DNA of 59,501 nucleotides from a virus: positions 1 through 59,501 of IMG/VR virus record IMGVR_UViG_3300039098_000024. One strand, 5' to 3'. Positions 17,728-27,400 of this stretch are shown here, piece after piece. How positions within the stretch are numbered: position 1 is the stretch's first letter; each line of letters opens with the position of its first letter. A program made the position numbers and the translations under genes. The notes beneath the pieces are model-generated. The model worked only from the letters and a program-made list of their open reading frames with translations. It had not been told where the DNA came from and did no database searches.

Positions 17728-20700
17728 ATGATTACACTTAAACGAGCACCTAAAATGCCATATAGCACGAAAGACATAAAAAACTATTCTAAGCATATGC
17801 ACCAAATGAACTTTAAAGGTATTGTACATAGCGACAATATATTTGAAGTAGAGCAAGAGTCATTTAAAGATACGAATAATGTATTTGTTAATGAAGACAT
17901 GATGCTAGTAAGCAGAGCACCTATTGTTGGTGAACAATTACCTGTTAGTTATATTCTAGATGGTTCACAGACTATTGAGACTTCGATAGTACCAGACGGT
18001 TATTCATTAGTAGATATATATGAAACTGGTAAAGTAGTAGTGTATATTAGTATTAATGATACCGACCAATTTACTATTGTGGCTAGAGAAAAAGCGACTG
18101 GACTATTAACTATTATGACTGAGTTAGTAACTGAGTATCACGTAGCGGCTATTGAAAAATATCTTATAGTATTCAACGACGTAGATGCTCGAGTTATCGA
18201 CACTAATAGTTATTCGACAGGTTGGCAGTTGCTTAGAGACTTAGCACATATACCTATCACTAAACGAGTTGTTGGGCAAGAGACTTTTGAAAACCCAGCT
18301 AACTTATTTACTGAAAGTTATAAAGAACAATACATATGGAGTGAAGACATACTGCCGGTGTTACCAGATGGTGATGCAGAGGTAGTAATCACTAAATCAC
18401 CAGACGACTTAACATGGCAATTACCTAATGCTAATATAAACACAGAGTTCAGATTACTAGATAGACTGAATTGCTATGTATCACCTACTGACCTAGTTAG
18501 TGTGGCTACTAACGATACACTAGGTATTACAATGATGGCAGTAGGTAGAAGCGACCATGTAATTATATCATACGATGCTGGTCAAACCTTTGAAAGAGTT
18601 TTATACCCAACACATAACGGGTTCTTACAAATTGCATCAATAAGTGACGATGGACTACATTATTTCTTTGTTGCAGTAGACGGTGTGTTTAGATATGACT
18701 TAGGACTTAAGACATGGGACTTACTACGAGAAGGTGATCTACCAGCTTCAACAGCACCTCAACTAGAAGGTACTGGTATAGTTAGTGGTAGACAGAACAC
18801 GGCTAAATTTATAAACGCTGAAGTATTTACATTTGTATTGTACAGAGAAGACGTTGGCGTACCTATCACTAGAGTATACTGGCGAGGACCTGGCTTACAG
18901 ACAAAAGGTTACGTGCCTGGTACACTAGGCTATACTGAGATAACAGCAAGTATAAACCCACTAATACAAATAAATAAAACTAGACAAGATATATCACCAT
19001 TTAGTGTTACTATAAGTGGTGACGATACTAACAGTGTAGTAACTGCATGGCTATCAGCAACAACCGCAACTAGTACATATATGGTTAATATGTTCAGTAC
19101 TAGTTTAGACACATACGATTATACTGTAGCTACAGTAGTAGACTTCGAAAACTTAAGTGGAACATATGTAGATGGTGAGACAGTATACATTACTGAGACT
19201 GGAACATACTATATACACAATGGTACTATATGGATTGGGGCTGACCCTATCTTAGTAGAACAGACACTAGACAATGCATACGGTATAATTGTTAATGCTA
19301 CTAGATCTACTCAACTAGTTCACCCAGACACTGGGTTTGCAATAGACGCTATTGAACTAGAATGTATTACAGATAACAATGGTATATGGGTAAGTGCTAG
19401 AGCTTTAATAGGTCGTCAATATAATACACCTGATTGGTTAACTTTTAATGAGTTCCAATATGGACTTGCTATAGGCAGTGTAGTAGATACTAACGGTGCT
19501 CCATTGTTTTTAGAAACTGGACACATTAATAACATGACTACATTAACTGTAGATGGAATAGCCAATCTACCAAGTACTCTAGACGACAATGAAGACTGGC
19601 CAGATCCATACAGTCGTGATGCAACAGTTACAAATGGCAAATACTATTATATGATAATAGGTACTAAGATATTTACAAATGACGTTAGTAGCAAGATTGT
19701 TACTATTACATATACTCGAGAGAGTGCAACCCCATACACAAATATACCAGATGTCACTCATGTTAATAACGAGTTATATTTAGGGTTTGGAAACACTTTG
19801 AGTATCACCAATAACTTTAGTACCGGTACTGATATTCAATTTAACTTACCTATAATTAATGACCAAGGCTTTACTTCGAATATCAACGGCTTAATTAACA
19901 TATCAACGACTGAAGTCGCAGTGTTCTTAATAGACGACATAATCATAAGCACTAAAGTTGCTGACGATTTATTAGGCTATAGATATGACTATCTAACGAC
20001 TAGATTATCTAATGGCATACGACAAGGTGATACAGTTATAAATACTAAAGATGGTGGTTATACATTGTACCCGACAAGTAAGGGATTGGCAGTAATGAAC
20101 TATCAAGCAGATGTAGCTACTACTGATCAAGTTGTAGAATATGTTACAGATAACATTGTTAGTTTATGGCGAGAGTTCTATAAAATCAATGCTATTAAAA
20201 TAATACAAATGAACGACTATATATTCTTAACTAATAGTACTAAAGATTACTTAATGTTAGACTTACGTACTATGAGTTGGTGGAAGTTTAGTAGTCCAGT
20301 AAATGTATCTAAATTATTAACTGACCAAACTAACTTATATATTGTTAACAACGGGCTATATAAATTCAATGAAGACTATATTACTTATAGAGACCTAAGC
20401 ACTGAGTTTATCGATTGGAAAATAGAGTCACAGTTATTACACTTTAGCGCACCAGCACACTACAAGAATATTAAGCAACTGATCTATCAATTAAAAGAGT
20501 CTAATGTTAAAGAACAAACTATACTAAGTCAAATAAAATTGTATAGAAAAGTTATAAGTACTAGAGAGCCAGACACTGTAGGGTTCGTAGTAGATGGGTA
20601 CAGACCATTTGTTAAACGATTTAATTACTGGAAGATAAACCAACTACAGTGGGGTATGGCAGCAGACCCAGAGACTAAGGTACCTGCTAGATTACAACTA

Positions 20701-20745
20701 AACGGTATTACGATAAAATACGAGAGAGGGGAGGAGGTTAGATAA
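17728..20745 (+). CDS. Large tail/nozzle-like structural protein (1005 aa)
   Basis: SD AAGGAGG. In the T7-like order it follows the adaptor. Confidence 0.6.
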   Translation: MITLKRAPKMPYSTKDIKNYSKHMHQMNFKGIVHSDNIFEVEQESFKDTNNVFVNEDMMLVSRAPIVGEQLPVSYILDGSQTIETSIVPDGYSLVDIYETGKVVVYISINDTDQFTIVAREKATGLLTIMTELVTEYHVAAIEKYLIVFNDVDARVIDTNSYSTGWQLLRDLAHIPITKRVVGQETFENPANLFTESYKEQYIWSEDILPVLPDGDAEVVITKSPDDLTWQLPNANINTEFRLLDRLNCYVSPTDLVSVATNDTLGITMMAVGRSDHVIISYDAGQTFERVLYPTHNGFLQIASISDDGLHYFFVAVDGVFRYDLGLKTWDLLREGDLPASTAPQLEGTGIVSGRQNTAKFINAEVFTFVLYREDVGVPITRVYWRGPGLQTKGYVPGTLGYTEITASINPLIQINKTRQDISPFSVTISGDDTNSVVTAWLSATTATSTYMVNMFSTSLDTYDYTVATVVDFENLSGTYVDGETVYITETGTYYIHNGTIWIGADPILVEQTLDNAYGIIVNATRSTQLVHPDTGFAIDAIELECITDNNGIWVSARALIGRQYNTPDWLTFNEFQYGLAIGSVVDTNGAPLFLETGHINNMTTLTVDGIANLPSTLDDNEDWPDPYSRDATVTNGKYYYMIIGTKIFTNDVSSKIVTITYTRESATPYTNIPDVTHVNNELYLGFGNTLSITNNFSTGTDIQFNLPIINDQGFTSNINGLINISTTEVAVFLIDDIIISTKVADDLLGYRYDYLTTRLSNGIRQGDTVINTKDGGYTLYPTSKGLAVMNYQADVATTDQVVEYVTDNIVSLWREFYKINAIKIIQMNDYIFLTNSTKDYLMLDLRTMSWWKFSSPVNVSKLLTDQTNLYIVNNGLYKFNEDYITYRDLSTEFIDWKIESQLLHFSAPAHYKNIKQLIYQLKESNVKEQTILSQIKLYRKVISTREPDTVGFVVDGYRPFVKRFNYWKINQLQWGMAADPETKVPARLQLNGITIKYERGEEVR

Positions 20746-21449
20746 TGAGTAATGGATTTTTTGTTCCTAATTCAATTAGTGGTAACTATGTGTCTAACAA
20801 AAAGACATCTACCGGTGCTATTCAATATGATACAGCGCAAAGCGAAATAGGACTATCAAAACAGGCGGCGTTACAGTCAATAAACAAACAGTACTCGCCG
20901 ACAATAGACAAAGCATACAGCGGTTACTTAGCAGCTAACCGAAATATTCAAGGCTCTCAAATGGGTCAAGGTTATAAGAGTGCATACATTAAAGCATCTA
21001 CTGAAAACTTACAATCAAATGTAGCAAATGCTAAACTTACAGCAGCTAATGCACGAGCAGATATTAATGCTAGTGCTGGTAAAGCTACTAGTGCTCTTGG
21101 TGACACATTCGCATCAGAAGTATATAATATGGACAGAGTAAAAACTACAATGGAAGGCTACTTATCATATGTTAAAAATGTAAGTGGCATCTCAGATCCT
21201 ACTAAAACATTCTTGACAGACGCACAACGAAATCAAGAAGTAGATACTTTGTATGATACATTGTTTGATGCTAGTGGTCAACTGACTGATTACTATGACA
21301 GTAGGGGCGAGCAAGCTAAAGGCTATGCTGAATGGGTTAAGTCTGAAATGGGTGATAATGTAGCAGACAGAGAATGGTCACAATGGCTATTCGGATCTGG
21401 TGGGTTACAACAATTTAGAAAAGCAGTTACGAAAGGTATAAAGTCATAA
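20745..21449 (+). CDS. Internal virion protein (putative, 234 aa)
   Basis: ATGA-type overlap with the preceding gene, SD GGGGAGGAGG. Ala/Ser/Gln-rich. Confidence 0.6.
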   Translation: MSNGFFVPNSISGNYVSNKKTSTGAIQYDTAQSEIGLSKQAALQSINKQYSPTIDKAYSGYLAANRNIQGSQMGQGYKSAYIKASTENLQSNVANAKLTAANARADINASAGKATSALGDTFASEVYNMDRVKTTMEGYLSYVKNVSGISDPTKTFLTDAQRNQEVDTLYDTLFDASGQLTDYYDSRGEQAKGYAEWVKSEMGDNVADREWSQWLFGSGGLQQFRKAVTKGIKS

Positions 21450-21491
21450 CATAATAACTCGAGGTGTAGAGCCCGAGTAAAGGAGAGACAT

Positions 21492-24400
21492 ATGGCAACA
21501 GTAAACAGAACTAGACCAACGGCTACCGAAGCGTCAGACATTAGAGCGCAACGTGGTACTGGTCAGTTAGAGTCGGTTAACAGTTATTTAAAGAACACTG
21601 ATCCGACTAGTTATTTTTATAAGAAATTTAAAAGCGAGAACAATGAGTTCTTGCGTGACGACTTCTGGTCAGAAGCAGCTACTCGTGGTGAGTCGCAAGA
21701 TATGGCTAGTTTGTTAGAAGCAAGCAAAGACAAAGGGTTCTCTAGAGAGGCAGTAGATATTGTATCAGGGTATGAAGGTAGGGCAGACTACGACAGTTAC
21801 ATGTTAGCTCTTCAAACACCTCACTTAGATAATACTACTAAGAAAGAACGACTTGGCGATAATGATTATAGCTTCGGTGAGTACACTGACCAAGAGTGGG
21901 CTACAGAAATATTAAAACGTACGACTGCTCGTTGGGATGCTGAAATTGTTCAAGCTGATAAAGACAGACGAAATTGGTTCACTAAGACTGGCGCTCAAGT
22001 AGTTAGTCAAGTTGGTAATTTTACTGGTGCAATTTTAAACTTCACTGGTGACGTATACAACTTAGAAGAAGGTTTATTTAATATGTTATTTAACTGGTCA
22101 GGCGATGCAAATGCCGGTGACCGGTTTTTACATGCTTTTGACAATGACGACAAGTTCTCAGGTAACCCTTGGGCTAAAGTAGGCGATTGGTTGACTAAAG
22201 CTACTTTTGAATTCCAAAAGAATTATGCTAATGGCGTAGACGCAGTAGATGCATTTGACGAAGGGTACAGACTGGGCGATGGACCAAATTGGATTGCTCA
22301 GATAGCTAACTCGTCAGGTGAAGGTACAGGTACCAATTGGTGGGGTACAGTGAGTAATGGTATATCACAAGCAATCGGTTATATGGTACCAACTATCGCA
22401 CTAGCATACTTTACAGGTGGAGCAAGTACTACCGGTACTGCAATTAGTGCAGGTGCTAGATCAGCATTATTCTATAGTGGTATATTCTCGGGTATGGTTA
22501 AAGATAGTGTAACTACTGCATCATTAAATGGTGTTAGTTATAAAGACTTAAATGCTGGTAAAGTAGTAGCACAAGCAGGACTTAAAGCAGCAGCTCAATA
22601 CGCTGTTGAAAAAGGTCTGGGAATGTTAATAGGCTTTACTGCAATTGATAGAGGTATAGGTACCGCTGGTAGTGATATAGCTAGTGAAGCTGCTACTAAA
22701 GCTGCAGCAAGCTTAGCTACTAAAACTGGTTGGAGAGCAGGAGCTGCAGTAGCTGCACGCTTTACTAAAGAAGCACTCAAAGAAGGTCTAGAAGAGACTT
22801 TCCAAGAATTGTCAGATAGTTTCATTGACGAAGCATTCGACGGACGATTTGGTGTAGACGTAACAATACAAGAACTAGTAGACGCATTTGTAATAGGTGC
22901 ATTAACTTCTTATACTATGGGGTTAGCAGGTAATGTTAAAACATTCTTACCAGGTACTATTAAAACAAATAAGAAGACTGGCGAAGTAGTATCAAACCGT
23001 GGAGTTACTATAGACAAAAAAGGAAAGACTGCCTTTATGGGTGCTTTCCAAACTATGAACTTAAATGAGTCTATGAGACTTATGAACGACCATATGGGCG
23101 TTATTAACGATAATAAATCAAGTATAGAAAAGAAAGCTAAATCTATGTTCTCTATGAACGCAGCGATGGCAATACTTGGTGACGTGTACGCGACTATGGG
23201 CACTGAGCGTAGTGCAAAGGCTGATGCTATGGTTAGTAAGATGGTAGCTAGTAATAATAAGAAAACTCAGCTGAAAGCATTAAATACTAATACTAAATAT
23301 AGTAATGAGTTATGGCAGAATTTATACAAAGTTCAGAGTGGAGCAAACATAGCACACGTTAAGACGTTAGAAAAGAAAGTAAAAGATGCTATAAAGAAAC
23401 GTAGCAAACTACTTAAATCGAAACAAGTAACTAAGCTAGATAATATTGTTACAACAACTACTAAGCTAGACGAGACTAACTCAGACCTTGAAGCAGATAC
23501 ATACGCTGTATTACAAGAGATGCTAACTAAGACTGATATTAAAGTATTAGTTGGTGTAGATGGTGCGACAGTAGCTAGTTCAGACGACGTAGCTTTTGTT
23601 AACAATAAATTAATCAAGAGTGGTGATATTCCAACAATAATTAAAGGTTTAGCATACGATAAGAGTGTTAAAGCAGTTGAAGCAAATTTAACACCTAGAC
23701 AATCGAAACTAGTGCTACATTCATACAATAAAATAACTGGTACTAACGGAACAATAAACCAAGCTATTACTGCATTGTTATTTGACAAACAGTTTTACGG
23801 CTATATGCTATTAAAAACTAGTGAAGCTAAATATAAAACAAGTGGTGATAAAGCAGCGGCTATAAATATCTTAATGAAGATAGACCAACTAATTACTGGC
23901 AAGCTATCACCGTACGTGGCAGCAGGTACTGTAGGGTTAGACCAGAAAGCATATATGACCTTATTAAAGAAAGTGCAAGAGAACATGCGTTCTGGACTAG
24001 TAACATTTGCTACACAATATGCATTTGTAGATGTCGGTGCAATAGATAATGCTATACTACCTAAAGAACTTAAAGATGCTATTAACGCACATAGGAATGT
24101 TATATTCACTAAGTTGATAAACAAGATAACTAGTGACAAGAGCAACAAAGTTCCAAATGCTGAACGTATAGCAATGTTTGATAAAGAGTTAGACAAACAT
24201 AAAAGTGACTCAGACTTAACCTCACAGAAAATTAAAGCACTTAAAGAGAATGCTAGATCTACTGATTATCTTAGACGACTTGATGCAGGTATCAGTTTAA
24301 ACTTTTATGCTAAACGCTCTGGTTCGTATAAAGAGAAAACAACCTTCTTAGAAACAGACCCATTCAATGCTAGTGCTTTAAATGCTATAGCACATGTTGA

Positions 24401-27400
24401 AAATGTATTCGGTGTTGGGTTTGACGACTTAATAAATGGTACATTCAGTCCATTAGATATAAACCCAGAAATAAATAAAAGTGTTTATGCATTAGATAAC
24501 TACCAAGATCGGCTAGCTGCTATACGAGAAGTATTATTCAACTCGTCTGCTAAAGCGTATACATTAGGGTATGATGGTAAGCTATTAGAAGTATTAGATA
24601 AAGATACCTTTATACAAGATAAATATCTAGGCGACCAACAGAAGTTTAAAAATGACTTTAAAGCTAAACAAAAAGCTGGTAAAGATTTTACATTACAAGA
24701 TATTAGTAAGATTGATTTAGCTGCCGATACTAAGACTAAATTCTTAAGTGAAACAAAAGTAATAATAAAACCAGGTGCTTTGAAAGCAGGTACTAACAAC
24801 CATTATGACGAAGACACAAATACTATAATACTACGTGGTACTGACATTAATAATGTAGTAATGCACGAAGTAACACACGCTACTCAGTTTAGCTTAATGG
24901 GCTATGACAATGATAGTGTTGTATATGGTGGAGCACCGGCAATGTTCGATATTCTACCTGACGACGTACAAGCAGATCTAACTGACTATATAAAAACTAA
25001 CTTGCCATTGTCGTATGAATTGTTGAAAGACCCAGACGGTAAGAACTACTACTTTGCTTACTTTATGTTAGCGGGTGAGATTGAAGCTAACTCTAGTTTA
25101 ACAGCATTTATGTTCGAGACTGGCTTTAGATGGAAGGACGATAGACAAACCTTAGTATCACCTAACGACAACAATAGAACTTGGCCTATGGCACCTGATG
25201 CTACTAAAGAGGCGGCACGTGATAAAGGCAACTTACAGAAGAAAGCTAAGCAATACCAGAAAGCACAAGACACACCACTAGTTAGAGAAAAGCAGAAAGC
25301 CTTAAAGAATAAAAAATCTGTACAGACTTTTATGAAAGATGGCTTCTTACAAACTAAGTCAGGTGTGCCACTAGTAATGTATAGAGGTGCTGGACAAGAA
25401 GGTGCTCAACAACATGAAGGACATATATTCTTGACAAGTAGTCCACAGATAGCTAGCGCTTATGCAGGCGGTACTAGTGCATCAACTAATTCATATGTAG
25501 GTTGGATCTCTAATCTACAAAAAGACGATGTATATGTTATTGACGGTAAAGGCAAATCATTTGACGACTTACGTTTCAAAGGTATGGCATTAAGTACAGA
25601 CAACGCAGTTAAGTGGGTACAAGAGAATACTACTAAGAAAGCTGTGTTAATTAAAAATGTAGTAGAGGCTGATTATATTGAAACTAAGCCCGCGCATGAC
25701 TTAATTATATTTGATACTGCATACGATACTATGAAACGAGTTACTATGGAAGATAATGGCAAGTTCATTAAAAATTGGACTGACAAATTAAACAGAAATG
25801 ACTTTGAACAATATAATGGTAGACGAGTAGATAGTGAACAATTTTATAATTACGTTACTGCTCTTAGTACTAGTGCAACTAACGTCGCTGAGGATGCAGC
25901 TATACCAACCACTGGCCGATATATAAATAACAAGGTGGCTAGTACTTCTAATCTTAAGTATAGAATTAGAAAAGGTATACAAATTCAAGTGAATGATAAT
26001 GTAGCTAACTTCATTGTTGCTACTACTAAAGATTTCGCTAAACTACCGAAGGTACTTAAAGACAGTATTAAAAGTGGTAAAACAACATACTACGATATAA
26101 GTAAATATGTAGCTACTACTAAGTCTATGAATGACTATACGTTTAAAGCAATAGCTAAGTATTTCTACAACAATGAGCAACTTGCTAAAACTACATATAG
26201 TGCTATGCGTAGTCTATTGTCAAATATAGAAGAGTTGTCAACACTATCATATATGGTACCAGCCGAATATCAACATAAACAAATCACACCTGCGAACATG
26301 ACTAAGTTGTTAATCAAGACATTAAGTGATGCTGACACTGATACTACTATAGCTAAGAGCTATACTAAGTATATGAAACGCTCTCAAACGGTTATGATAA
26401 AGACTGATGCTGGTAAGGTAGCATTTATAGACAATCAACATGCTGATGCTAAACAACTTAATACTGCAGTCTTCCTACATTATGATGGGACGCTACGTGG
26501 TATGAGAAGTATTAATGCTATTGGTAAATATATGTCGTTTAAACAAAATGATATATACAATAAAGATACTAACTGGGTACAAGGAATACGTACTGCTACT
26601 ACTGACTACGAACAAGATATTGATATAAGCGAAATGTTAGATACTGTTACTAGACAAGAAAAATTAAATACTATCAACAACTATGTAGCTAATGCATTAA
26701 TCGCGAAAGTTGAGAAACTACCAATTGCTGAAAGGAAAGTTAAAGGTCCTAAAGTAATGGCAGAACTTAGACGTATAATGAGTAAGATGGCTGGCTACGA
26801 CGAGACAACAATTAATAAACGATACTTAGCTGCTCTTAGTAATGAGAACGCTAAGACTCAACCTATTGAAAATATTGTTAAACCTTTGAGCGAGCAACCT
26901 AGATCTACTAAGAACCTTAAAGACCATATACGTGAGAGAGCTAGTAGAGTAACTGAACGTATCGGTGGACTTAAACGTAGATACAATAAAATGCCAGACT
27001 CTATTAAAGCAGTAATTGATCCTAAGACCTACAAGCTTACTAAGACTTATCAATCTATGAGTGACCAAGACTTATTATCATTGTTAGTTGATATGAAAGA
27101 AACTGCTAAACAACTTAGTAGTATTATAGGTGAGCAAGAACTTAGACAGCAGAAAGTCAGAATTGAAAAAGCTAGATTAGACCGAGTAGCTAAACGTGAA
27201 ACTACAACTAAGACAGACAAGAGGAGTTTACGTGAGAAGCTTAAGTATGTTCACACAACTAAAGTAATTAACCAGACATTCGAATTTGAAAGTAGAGATG
27301 CTATAACTAAGAGCGCTACTGAGATGCTGAATACTCAATGGGGTAAACAGCGTATGTCGACCGTCAAGGGTGTATCAAATAATAGACAGCAGAATGTCCA